Below are positions 12,234-24,779 of a stretch of 55,213 nt of DNA, piece after piece. The notes beneath the pieces are model-generated. The model searched no databases. It saw only the letters and a list, made by a program, of their open reading frames with translations, and was not told the origin of the DNA. This DNA is from Paramecium tetraurelia. Lineage: Eukaryota. Numbering within the stretch: position 1 is the first letter of the stretch; each line of letters begins with the position of its first letter. The position numbers and the translations under genes are program-made. Location of the stretch: positions 620,001 through 675,213 of the forward strand of contig CT868008.1 of assembly GCA_000165425.1 (NCBI GenBank), in the 5' to 3' direction.

Positions 12234-14145
12234 TCATTGTTAAGGTGGCTCAATAATATAATCATCATCAATCTCATCTGCTGGATTCTCAGGTATTTCT
12301 GGCATTGGATGTTCACTATCAAAATTAACTTCCCATTCTTCTTAATTAAATTCTTCTAATTCTTCAGGGGATAGCTTTGATAAACAATGCATTTACTTAT
12401 TCTTTATGTTCCTTCAATGCTTATTCTTTTTGTTCTAACAATTTTGATGCCTCTTCCTTCAATTATTCAATTTACTTCCTTTTATTAGCAATATTTTCTC
12501 TTCTTATTTCAATATCTAGTTTTCTTAACTTACAAGTCAATTATAAAAATTTCAGCAATCTTCCCAAAATTAGATTATATGCATCAACTTATTCTTATTC
12601 AATTTTTTCAACTCTTTTCTAAACTCTATCAACATAACACCACTTGTATTATGGTTCTGGCTTAGGTCCTTTATGATTGTAGGCCACTATCTATTGAATG
12701 AGATTCTCATCAAGAACCAATTTTCTTATGTTCAATCTATTGGTATCAGGTAAATTGATATCTATTTTATTGGCTCCGATTAAATATAGACCTGCCTAGA
12801 TGATCGTATTGAATTTGATAATTCTGCAATTACTCAGATTTAAGAGTGGTTAAATAAATTCCTTATCACTTAATTTCTCCCTTAATCTTTCTAATCTCAA
12901 ACAATCAGTCTCATATGATAATAATTTTTCATTCTCTTTGAATTCTGCTAATTTCTCTGAGTGACTATCAATGTATTATTCTTCCTCTAATGCCCAATTT
13001 TCTAATATTTCTTTGAATGGAGCACCCAAATTAGATTAATAATGTAATTATAACTCAACATCAGCCTTCATCGACTGTATTTCTTAGAGTTCCCATTATT
13101 TAATTAACAAATTAACTAAATCCAAAATTTCTGTTCTATGATTTTCAGGTATTTATCTATCTTAACCCAAAGTGTCAATGCAAAATACATACTCCTTTTT
13201 TTACTATGCAAAAGATGGCTCCAAAAGAGGTTCTAAACTTGCTAAATAAGCTTATTTTTCCTATTCAATGATTGCTGGATCTTCAGATTCAAGTCTTTCC
13301 TCAAATTCTGCTTCTTTTGCTGATCTTTCTTTGTCTTGATTCTCTTTTAGTATTAAATATTGTGATCTCTGCTCAATACCTTAATCAAAAGATTGTTCAT
13401 AAAGACAACTCTAATATATAAGCGGGATTGCATTATAGGCACCCAATTTAGGCCATTTGTGATATACGATTCTAGGTTCCTTGACAACATCTTCAACATA
13501 GATTCCATTAGTTTAAACTACTTCACCATTTTCATCTGGCTGTGGTTCTTTCAATGCATCATATGTAACTCCTGTTTCTGGGAGCAAAGTTTGACCAACA
13601 AGGAATTTAGAATTTTGATCAGCATAAATATATGTCAATAGTTTTGTTCCTTCTAAATTGATGTGAGCATTTTCATCATCTTCCTAATTTAAATCAATCT
13701 CCTTTTTTGGAAAATCGAGCTCACAAACATAAGTATTCACTCTCTTTAATTAGATATGATAATTACAAATCGCTTTGCCACATAATCACAGAATACATCA
13801 CCCAAGAATTCATCATGATATTTTGCCTATTTAATTGATTCCAAAAATTATTCATGTTTCTCCTTCTACAAATTTTCAAGTCTTAGACTCTCTTCTTACA
13901 GATATGCTAATTGTTCAGTTAGAACTTTAAATTCCTTAATTTTTGTTTCTTTCACATGTTACTAATGATTATGAGATTTTATTCATTACTCTTTCTTCCC
14001 TTGTCTTTTATTTTTTAAGCAATTCTGAGTAAGTGAGTAGCCACTTGGCAAGATAATCAATCGGAAATTATGGCCTTTCTAAATAGAGAGCTGCTAGACC
14101 TTTGGCAACGATACCGCCTACTTCATCTTATGTGAGATAATCCAT
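12234..14145 (-). CDS. Dpy-30 motif protein with GAF-like region and coiled coils (radial-spoke RSP2-like architecture)
   Basis: N-term YLTQDEVGGIVAKGLAALYLERPQFPIDYLAKWL (Dpy-30); FLVGQTL..ETGVTY..IYVEDVVKEPRIVYHKWPKLGAYNAIPLIY (GAF-like); acidic C-terminus; short introns. Confidence 0.75.
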
Positions 14146-14146
14146 A

Positions 14147-15178
14147 TCAGTTATATAAAAACAAATAATTAGTTTTAACAAATTAATCTCTTTGCTCTTT
14201 GTCTTACTCGGAGCTCAACTCTAGTAGTTTACTCCCTAAGTCATGGATATCAACTTAATCTAGTTACTCAACAAATTGTGAAGCATAGTGGAATATTGCT
14301 GATGAGTTTTCTTTTCTTTAATCTTTTTGACAGATAAACTTGGGGAATGGATAAGCTTTGGTTTTTGGTTCGTTCTTATTTGGTCTCAACATCTCTGTTC
14401 TCACTTGTAATTTATCTAGCAATCGAATTTATTTGGTATGCTATGACCTTTCTCTGTTGAAAAGAACATCTTCCATTTTTAATTATTCAAGCAAGCCTCT
14501 CCTCTTTATTTCTATGATGTTTGATGATTTCTTAGAATTAGCCTTCTCTAAGCTTTCTTCTAATTTTCTTAATCTCTCTTTATCTAGTTATTTTCTCTCC
14601 TCAACACTTCTCTAATATCGAGCCATTGTTTCATCAAACCTTGTTTTTCTTGGAGCAATGTATTAAGCTTATCTGAAAAGTTCGTGTTTTTATAATCTGG
14701 CATCATAACTCATTTTGCGTTTCTCATATTTGTCTTGTGTCAGTTTCTAAATCTAGGCTCTGTTTCGGTAAACTTATTCCATTCTTGAGGTGTCTAATAC
14801 TTCCTTTTATTATGCTTTAAGTTCTCTTTCACTGCTGATTTGTTTTTTACGTGATTCTATTAACTATTGTTTCTGAGAATATAGTAGTAGTTGTTATTCT
14901 CGCTGCTCTTAAATTAGCTTTTACACCTTCATCAATTTTTCATTTATTTTAGAACTTTGTACACTCTCAGATCTCTCTTCTTAAACAATCGATATTGGAT
15001 TACGAGAGCTTTCGACTTATTTTGAATGTAGTAATTCTTCATATTCCATTAGTAATTTTTGTCTCCTTTTTTCATGCTGCTTAGTTATTGCCTCAGTATA
15101 AAATTAGACATCATTCTCATACTCAACTGGCACTTTGAGCTTTTTGAGAGGTTGCATATCAAATTCTGTGATCCCCAT
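14147..15178 (-). CDS. Hypothetical coiled-coil protein
   Basis: Long K/E/Q/R-rich TGA-free code-6 frame from MGITEFDMQPLKK to TGA at 14149-14147. Confidence 0.7.
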
Positions 15179-15417
15179 ATTTTTTAATATTTGTTAATTC
15201 ATTTAATATATTGTGGTCATTTAAATTACGATTCTATTATTAAACTAGTCTTGCTACTTAATTGATGAAAGTTATGTTCGAATTGCGAAAAACTTATGGA
15301 AATTTAAGATATTAGAAGATAACGATTTGATGGTTGCATTAAACTCTTGTTAATTGGATTACTTGACACTTTCGAATAAATTATTTAAAAATTAATATTA
15401 ATATTATGTATTTAATA

Positions 15418-16296
15418 TCAAAACAATCTCTATTTTGCCTCGTCGCCATCTCCTACCAGTCCTTTTTGTTAAGCAAATTAGTAATGTAAATCTACAACAT
15501 CGATGCCATCATGAACTTTAGTCCATCCATCCTTATGAATATGATAAACTATGTATACGAAGACTTATTACCTCTAACTACTCCTCCAGATGCTGTGTCT
15601 CTATGAGTAGCATGATAGATTGCTCTGATTCCTAGTTCTACAGCCTCATTCAAAGATAAATCATATCTATAATGATTATCCAAAACACCGTAGGCATATG
15701 TGCTACCACTACCCACAGAAAAGATGTCGCCTTTTAATCTCATTCCATCATTGTCGATGTAATATAAATGCTATCCAGTTGTATCAGTTCCTGCAATCAT
15801 ACATCCCATAGAGAGACCTGAATTTCTGTAGCCTATTAAAATTCCTTATAAGAATTTCGAAGCTGCAGCAACACTCAATTTACTACCATTTTTTAATTCA
15901 TATGTCCTGCAATGATTCGCTAAATAAGCAAGCCAATATTGGCAATCTGCTGCACCTCCAGCCATAGTACCTTAAAGAATGTTAAATATGTAAAATACCC
16001 AATAAGTATTCATTAATTTCGATTACTTTTCTTACTTATTCGCTGCTCAAGAAGCTGCCCATACTGGCTCTTGAATCAACAGCCAATAAAATTCCCTCCT
16101 TGAATACAAATCCTAAGGTTGTTGTTCCATGTTTGAAATTGGTTAATTTATTTCCTCCATTGACTTAAGTTGGACCATTCAAAGTTCTGTAAATCACTTA
16201 TGGTGCGGATGGCAAAGCCAATGTGTTGATTTCATCCTTGTCTTCCTTTTAATAGGTGTGAGCTAAGCCAAATGTAGAGGGATCGAAATCAATCAT
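15418..16296 (-). CDS. PSMB5: 20S proteasome subunit beta 5 (chymotrypsin-like)
   Basis: Propeptide then [59 protein letters not shown]; two short introns. Confidence 0.97.
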
Positions 16297-16478
16297 TTAA
16301 TATTTAATTTAATAACATTCCTTATCTAAATATAATTTATATATATTATTTTTCAGTAATAATAGTGTCAAGAAGTTAAAAGCAAACCATCAAAATATTG
16401 ATCTAATTGAGAATCCAACTAATGTATTCTCATTATTAAATTGACAGATTAAATTTTAAATTATTTATACTAAATAAT

Positions 16479-17126
16479 ATGAAAAACAACCATCATCGAA
16501 GAACGAAATCTAGTGGCAACTACTTTCCCATATAAACAGAATTTCTAGTTTAAGATGACGACAATGACACCAATGAAACAAAGGAAATCATTAAAAAAAT
16601 TCAGCAATAGCCAATACTACATCATTAGATAATTGAAAAACTAGATGATCAAAATTATGGGTTATTCAATGCGATGTTCAATTTTGGTTAGATGAAATTT
16701 AAACCAAAATAATCTTTAGATCTTAGTACCATTACAGAGTGCAGCTGTATCACTTGTATTTATGCTGTTAGCTACACCTTCCACCAAGGATGCCAAGCCA
16801 AAACACAGAAAATGTGGTAGTCAATAACAATAAGCCAATAAACAACCGATAAAACACACACATAGTCAGAGTCTGTAAATTTAAAGGCTGGAGAAAGAAT
16901 TAGAATAGATGAAAGTATAACAAGCAGAGATTTAAAATGTTAACATGATGCTCATACTTGAAATTCATAAATCCAGACAGGAGCTTTAGATATCCTAATA
17001 AGTAATTAGAAATAGCTAACCTAGAAAAACGAAGTCATTCTTTAGAGAATTACGAAATTAGAGAAAATGCTTAGAGAAGACTAAAAATTATCATCCACAA
17101 CTAACGATAGTCTAGAATTCTCCTGA
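16479..17126 (+). CDS. Hypothetical coiled-coil protein
   Basis: MKNNHHRRTKSSGNYF...RLEKELEQMK...RITKLEKMLREDQK...EFS*; frame restored by a 25-nt and a 23-nt GT..AG intron. Confidence 0.65.
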
Positions 17127-17692
17127 TAATATACTCATTATTTAAGAACAATTATATCTTATTATATTTATGATTCAGAAAACATCATTTTATATCCTAT
17201 CTACAAAGCTAATTAAACATATTATCAGTTCATTAAATGTTACTTTGTTTAAAGCCTATGGTATTACTATTAAAACAAATAGATACATTCAAATGTATAA
17301 AGTACACCATAATTAGTATAGGTGATAGAATATTCGATACTGCATGGAAAACTCTACTATTTAAAAGATGATACCAAATAAAGCCATAGTAGATTAAAAA
17401 GGAGATCTATTATGATATTGAAAATCTAATGATACTATCTCAATAAGATATGTGATTTTTCAGTTAATTCAGATTAATAAAGGTTTAGTAATTTAATTTG
17501 CTATTATATATCATTTTGGAAATATATTAAATATTTCATCTCTTTTTTTCTTACTAATTTATTCATACTAAAACGATCTTAATAACAAAATGATACAATC
17601 TGCAGCTGATTATTTGTGTCCTTTTTTAAAGGCTTTGAAGCCAAATTAATATTGAATAAAAAATTGATATGATATCTAAATTGATTTATATC

Positions 17693-18466
17693 TCATTATT
17701 ATTCTGCAGCTCTTCTCTCGACGGCTCTTTCTAACTCTTATACTAACAGCTTCGTATTCTACATCAAAACTAAGGCATAAATCTTCTGCGTCGTCCCATA
17801 AGATTTGGTTTCTTTACTTCTTGCCAGCAGCAGCTTATGCAACGGCTGTTTAGACTGTGATTACTCCATGAATATTTTCAGATTTTATAACCAATTATTA
17901 TTTTGAAGATTCAAGTCTTTCTTAAGTAGCTAAGAATAAATCTTTTATTAGATGAATAGAGCTAGTGCATTTTTTTTTCAGCTGTATAGGAAGCCCAAGC
18001 TTCTTCAACATCTGCTTCTTAAGGTTTACAATAATTGAACAAGTCTTTCTGCTGCACCGGCAGCATTCTCCTCTTATTTAATAGAAGCTAAGGCAGCCAA
18101 TGGAATCATGAAAGCTTTGTTCATTTTTGTGGAAACAGAAGCAAACATCAGGATTCCATTGGCAATTTTGAGTGTGCCTATAGTATCATCAACTTCTGCT
18201 TTTCTGTAGCCAATTTCACTTTAACATTCAGCTTATTGAGCAACATAGACTGCATCATGAGTTCCTTATTCTTCAGTGACAGCTGATTTGAAATTATCAA
18301 GAACTCCTTTGATTGTATCTAGTGGTGAATGAGATTTGATCTTGTTTTCAACTTCAACCATAATATTCATAATGCTTCTTTTACCACCATATGTGAGTGG
18401 GTACTTTTGAACCATATTAGCATTAGCTATGGCCAAGATCATTAATAATGTAAGTGTGACTTTCAT
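17693..18466 (-). pseudogene. Trichocyst matrix protein (TMP/GRL-type dense-core granule precursor) pseudogene
   Basis: Intact signal/pro region MKVTLTLLMILAIANA...SPLDTIKGVLDNFKSAVTEEQGTHD..AECQSEIGYR; later ERLVQLLQTLR|ADVEEAW, KKQRNQILWDDAEDLC and ELERAVERR fall in shifted frames; shorter than a full precursor, implying internal deletions. Confidence 0.75.
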
Positions 18467-19153
18467 TTCAATTAATATTTGCTACCTAAAAACAGGTTAG
18501 CAACCTTTTGTAGTGAGATTTGTATAAAAACGAAATTTAATTTAAAAACAGATCAAAATTTAATAATTTTGGAATATTTCTAATAACTTTTAATTATCAA
18601 TAGATAAGGAAGATTGGTTTCTCTTCAAATATAATTAAAACTTGGATTCCATATTTTTTTTTATTGTGTATTAATCTTAACATTGAGTATGTTTACAGTC
18701 TCTAATTAGTTCAACAAAGTACTGAAAATCAATTTCATCAACATTCTTTTGCTCCTAATGCTTTACTTTCTATACATATTTACGTTAAGAATGGATAAGG
18801 AAAGATTATTAAAAAATACTAAAAATAGTAATATATTATTTAATTCAGCAAATATAAACTTAATTAGATGTTTAGAATTTAGAGAACTTTGCATTTGACA
18901 AAAAAACTATAATTGTTAATATTTTATATAAATTGATTTTAACAGGTTAGTATTTTAATTGGGATTTAGTGATTAATACATGTCCAATTCTCTTTTCCAA
19001 AATATTCAAAAATCCATTTTTGCTATTTTCTTTCTTGATAGAGGCTTACGATTGAAGTTAAGGCTACTTTTCCTATTCTTAAAATTCTTATAAGGGTAAT
19101 ATGTATTTGTTATTAAAATGTTATAATATATTTTAATATTATTATTAAATAAA

Positions 19154-19363
19154 ATGTCACATCAAGGGAAAGATATCAATATTAATGATTTTAGCAGCCC
19201 ACACCTTTAGATAAGCAAGAAGGATTAATTTTTAGAAGAAATCAGAAATCATATTCTGTCAAAATCAAGAAATGATGTCTGGAGATAGAAGGGTTAGCCA
19301 AACTTTGTCACACGTCCTTATGTAGAATGGAGAAGAGGAGATACATGTTGTGCAATAATGTGA
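19154..19363 (+). CDS. 69-aa microprotein with C-terminal CaaX box (CCAIM)
   Basis: Intronless code-6 ORF MSHQGKDININDFSSPHLQISKKDQFLEEIRNHILSKSRNDVWRQKGQPNFVTRPYVEWRRGDTCCAIM*; A-rich ATG context; GC content higher than flanks. Confidence 0.75.
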
Positions 19364-19374
19364 ATTAAATATAA

Positions 19375-22267
19375 TCACTTTACCTTTTAGAAATAGTCTT
19401 TAATTGATTTTTGTTTAAATTTATTATTATTAACTTTTTCTTAGGTTTCTGGAACTTCTAATTTATGATTATCTTGATCTTCCACAGATTCTGTTTTACT
19501 GGGTGTTTTGACATGGTCCTCAGTCTTTTTGTTCTTTTCGTTTGTATCTAATTGCATTTCAATTTAAATTTAATCCTAATCAAAGACCTAGTCTTTAGTT
19601 TGAACTTGATTATTTGCAAATAAATTCAATTCTTCTTAGATGCATTGCTTCTCTTCATTATTTTATTCTTCTATCAATATGTTATCTTCTGGTTAAGTTT
19701 AAGGATTGCCAATATCAGCATTTTATTCTTCATTTAATTTATCCTCTTGCAAATCCTTTATTCTTTACCTTCTTAACTCATCTAATTTGCATTTTTCTGC
19801 CAATTCTCTTTGTAATTTAAAAGAAGAATCTTTAAAGATTTTTGATTAAATATTATGGATGGCTGCTTTTTCTTGTTAAGACAAATCATCAACACATAGG
19901 AAACACTTAAATTCGATTTAAGAAGCTTCTTCGAATGGTATTGTCATTTCCAGACAATCAAAATGAAACCATTCATCACATGATTCACAACAAATCATAG
20001 GATCCCCATCTTTAAACTTCCCTCTGCATACACAATATAAATTGTCATCTCTTTAAAAATACTCATCTCCTACTAATTCGATTATAATTTCCTTTTTTTA
20101 TTCAGCCTTATTATTCTTTTTATATTTTTTTAACATCAATATATCGATAAGTTTGGCTTATTTTTTTTGGGGATTTATTTCTTACATATATTTACTTGCC
20201 CTTCTTCTTAATTTTTCATACATTTTATATGTGATGTCTTTTTCATAATCTCTATACTTAAAATGTTTCCACAATTCATCTGTTGCAGTAATAGTACTTT
20301 TATAAAATTATGTAACTAATAAGCCATTTGCATCAACTTTATTTTAATAAACTTCTGGTAGAATTGTGAGCTTATACTATTTTTATGGTTTGAGTACTGG
20401 TCCTGAAATGGATTCAATAGCGTATTATCCCTATTCTAATTTTAAATTGACAATAAGCTATTAATCAGTGATCTAATTTATAAACTCTTTTAATTTATTG
20501 GCGAAATCAATTAAATCGAACTCATTCTCTGTGTGTTCCTGACTTTCTTATTTTTATTTTTGATCTTTTGTTGCTTTGATCTTTTTTGGCTTTTAAACAG
20601 ACTTTTTATGCACTTGCCGACATTTCTCATAAGCTCTAAAGAAATCAATAATTTCTCTTTCATATAATCTGTGTTTGGATTCTAGGATTCTCTTAACCTT
20701 AAGGGGAACATGTTTTTAACAGAAAATCTAATAATCTGGTTTGTTATTAACAACAGTTTAAGTCAGGAAAATTCCAGATCTTCTGGCACATTCAACATGA
20801 AAGGAGGTAGAACAACTACTTCTGGCACATTATATACACATTCCTGCTTTCTTAATATTGCAAATGCTGCAATTAAGAGCAAATCTTTTGGAATTGATAT
20901 TATCTACTCCTCTTAAGATATCTTATTTTTCATCTAAGAAACATTCTGGAGACCAATAAAAACAAGATAAATGGATCCAAACTTTTTAAGGCTATGGTTC
21001 TTTAATTTCCTTATTATTTTCTAAATCACGAATATCTCTATTTGGTAATTTCCCAAAATCATAATAGAGTTCTTAGTCATCGTCTATTTATTAAACTTGA
21101 TTTTAATGAATATTATTACATAATTTAGACACAAAATCATTCTTCATCATAGATTCACCTTAAGATTCAAAATAAGTTTGATTTAAATTCTAAAAGCATG
21201 ATGCATCTATTTGAGTAGCTTTCATAGCTCCACCTAACTTAGGACACAAAGCACATCTTAAATATTGTCCATTTGGCCCAAATGTTTAACAAACATCACA
21301 TATCCAATCTTCATTTGGTATTATTTCAATTAAATAACATTTTTAGTGTACTGATATGTTACATTTAGAGCAAAAGACAATTAGATTATCATCAGTATAA
21401 TCTCCATCATTACAAACTTAACATAATGCATCATCTAAATTTGGTTATAAGTGAATTCCTCCTCCTTATGTTTTTTTTCCTGTCTCTTAAACCACTGTAT
21501 TTTACTCATCTGCTTAGATTTTCATTTCAGTTTTTTCTATGTATTACTTTTCTGTTTCTGTCAGTCCTGCTATATCCCTCAAAAGATTATTTTGCTGGTC
21601 TGTTTTTAAATGCTATTTAACTGTTGGTACTAGATTGACAAACTAATGCAAAGTTTCTTCATTCTATTTTGTTATTTATTCTAATTCAATTCTAATCATA
21701 TTTATTGATAGTACTCTTAGTTTGTAATTAAATCATCTAAGTCTTTTTAACCTAAGTTTCTCATTTCTAAAATGAAGATATCATCATTCACATCATACCC
21801 TTTTTTATTTTTCTATTTTTTGCAATCACTAATTAAATCAAAAGATGTTTACTCTTATATTTAAGTCCCATATATTGATTCATTTTTCTTCAATATTTTC
21901 TCAATTTCATGCAGACATTATTAGAGATACTCTTGATCGCAATTGAAATAGAGTGCTGCAATCATAAATTAGAGTGTAGATGCTTGCAAAAATTGAACTT
22001 TGATATAAGAAAATGCATACTTGGATAAATAACTTTGGAGTTATTCGTATTTTCGATATCAGTCCAATCATAATCCCCCATTTTTCTCAAGGTATGCAAA
22101 TAATTTTGATATTTTTTTGTGACTTTCTATTATACCTCAATTAAGGAATTTTCTTCACTTTCATCCTGCAAATTCGCTTTAACTAATTGCTTACGAACTC
22201 TTGTTTATTTTCTTCTTTTCATACCAGGATCTATGTTGTACATTTTCCTATCAAACTTATGAGTCAT
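19375..22267 (-). CDS. PZP (PHD-Zn knuckle-PHD, BRPF/JADE/AF10-type) + C-terminal PHD finger protein with terminal PIP box
   Basis: [108 protein letters not shown]; ends KQKSIKDYFQKVK*. Confidence 0.9.
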
Positions 22268-22599
22268 TCATTATACCTCTAGAAAGCGCCAAAAACTTCT
22301 TTAAAATAAAATAATAATTAGCTATCAGCACTTGTCAAGAATCAAAACTAAATCCAAATATTACGAAGCTAAAATACATGAACATACAAAAATTATCTAC
22401 TATATTTAGGTATTTGAAATTTAGATATTTCAAATAATGGGTCTTTTTAATACTAATAACTCTCTTTTTGATTAAATATTACCTAGTTATCACTCGAAAA
22501 AAATTTTATTTCAGCTTCAGATTATTTATAATTTAAAAACTCAATAGTAAACACATTATATTTAATCATTATGATACTTCAAACTCAAAAATTCTCATC

Positions 22600-23130
22600 A
22601 GAAAAACAATAATAATGGGTACTTTCATTTATATAATATGTTTATCAAATTCAAATCAGAATTCATCTTAATTTTTATAAAAATTACAATACATTTAATT
22701 GAAATTGTTATAAACAATATCTCATTAAATAAACACTATGCATTCTTTGAATTTCTGAGTTTTAATTTTCTAATTCCAATTATTTTTGATACTACATTGG
22801 ATTAATCCTTCGATATGAATTGTAAATAGATATTTCTATATTACAGATTAATCCCTTGATACATTGGTAATCAACATATCAGGTACGCTTTATTTCTGTA
22901 GAATTCATTAATTTTCACATCATAGCAAATCAAAACAGCATCCTTAGTATTCTTTTTGGCTTATTCTCTTCTATTTGTCTCTTAGTCATATAGTTGTTAT
23001 AATATAGTTTAAATAATAATAATACAAGTTTATAATTTCTCTCTTTATTTTTACAATCAATTTACATGTAGTGATAATAGCACCCAGGATTGAGTTTGAG
23101 TTTAATTGATTTGTTAGAATAAAATTTGTC
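22600..23130 (-). pseudogene. Possible degenerate coding remnant
   Basis: Protein-like stretch SILGAIITTCKLIVKQREKL...LYDQETNRREQAKKNTKDAVLICYDVKINEFYRNKAY broken by TGA, no clean start; boundaries approximate. Confidence 0.3.
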
Positions 23131-23726
23131 AATTAATAATCATTTTCTTATATATAATTTAGCTTAATCCAAATTCTTAAATAAAAATATATATGATCTA
23201 GTAAATAAGATTTAAATTTAATAAAGTATCATTAGATAGGATCAGGATTTTAGAGTTAAATACAAAGAATAATTCAATTAAGTAAAAGGAAACTAAGTCA
23301 ACTTAACATTTATCAATAAAATTAAGATTAACTTAATTCTAAATAATCTATTTTTAAAATAATGATAAGTTTATATATATGAAAAGGGAAATTAATAAAA
23401 ACTTTCTACTGTTTGTAGAAATTACTGAAGAATTCATATTCATAATATATTTAAATAAGACTATGCGTCTTTAAAGAAATGAAAAACAGTAAATAAAAAT
23501 AAATGAACACATTTCATTGTTTATCAACTTTTTGTTATTCTACTTTAAATGTAAACCTTCTTTTTATTATATATTGAATTACATTTAAAATTAATGGTGA
23601 AATTATATACATTATAGGTTTTGTTCTTTCTTAAGATACGTAGATATAAATTATATTATAGGGATAACTTTTATAATCTTAGTTCATTTTCTAGATTAAT
23701 TTAATAATAATATTAATTATTAACGA

Positions 23727-24740
23727 ATGAGAAGAACAACTCTTTAATCTGATTTGAAGTTACATAAGAAAAAAATGTTTAACAAAGAAAATACACAATA
23801 ACCAGCGCAAACAGGTAGGAAGCATTTCGAAGAAAAACAATGTTACTTACCTTCAAGATAAAATGAAGATGATGGTTAAAATAAGAAAGTAAGAGTATTA
23901 TTTTTGAATTTAAGACTCTAATGTTATTTCCAGAAAAAAAAAATGTTACTAATTATGATAATGTCATTGAACGTAGACCCTCAATTAGAATATTTTAATA
24001 GCAAACAACCACTTCAAATTTTAGACTTTGTGATAAATAATCCTAAGTATCAAAGAGTTCCACAAACTTTCATCCTCTTCGAAGTACTTCAGCCAATATT
24101 TATTCAATCTTCAATAATGATAGAGGATTAAATGGAAACAAATTTTGAAATTTTTTATTTCACTTCAAATTATAAAATAAAACAATATTAATATTCTTAT
24201 TGATTGTTTAATTTAGTGCCATGATAGATAATATCTGACAAAAGAACAAAAATGGTAGTATAGATAGATAATCTCAATCAATTGAGAATCTTTAGAAAGT
24301 ATTAGCAAAGTCAAGATTTTTCAAGTTCAAGAATAAATTTCGAGAGCATTATACGAATCTGATAATCAAGTGAATGATAATAAAAACTACAATTATATTA
24401 AGAAATTGAGAATGGATTCGATTTTGCAAATGACATTATTGTTAATTATACATACTTGAATTTCATGTTTGAATCAAAATATTATTTTGAAAAATTCAAC
24501 TTAAGTTTATAGATATAGACTATAATTGAAAATAAGTCTTTATTAGATTTCTTATTAAAAAAATTGCTCACAATAGGAGAAGTATAATTTATAATAAAAT
24601 TATGTGAAATGCAAAGGTTAGGATTGAATTCTGAAATCTTAACTATGTAACAAGCTTTTACTAATAATGAGACTTAGCTCTCTATTAATTAAATGAGTGA
24701 TAAGATTTAACAGAGATATACTAAAAAAAAGAATGTTTGA
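23727..24740 (+). pseudogene. Hypothetical gene with interrupted reading frame (pseudogene or two small ORFs)
   Basis: MRRTTLQSDLKLHKKKMFNKEN.. with a 26-nt intron reaches TGA near 24147; a second coding-like frame ENGFDFANDIIVNY..KKNV* ends at 24740; no clean join found. Confidence 0.35.
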
Positions 24741-24779
24741 TTTCTTATAATAAAAATTACTATTTATTAATATTATAAT

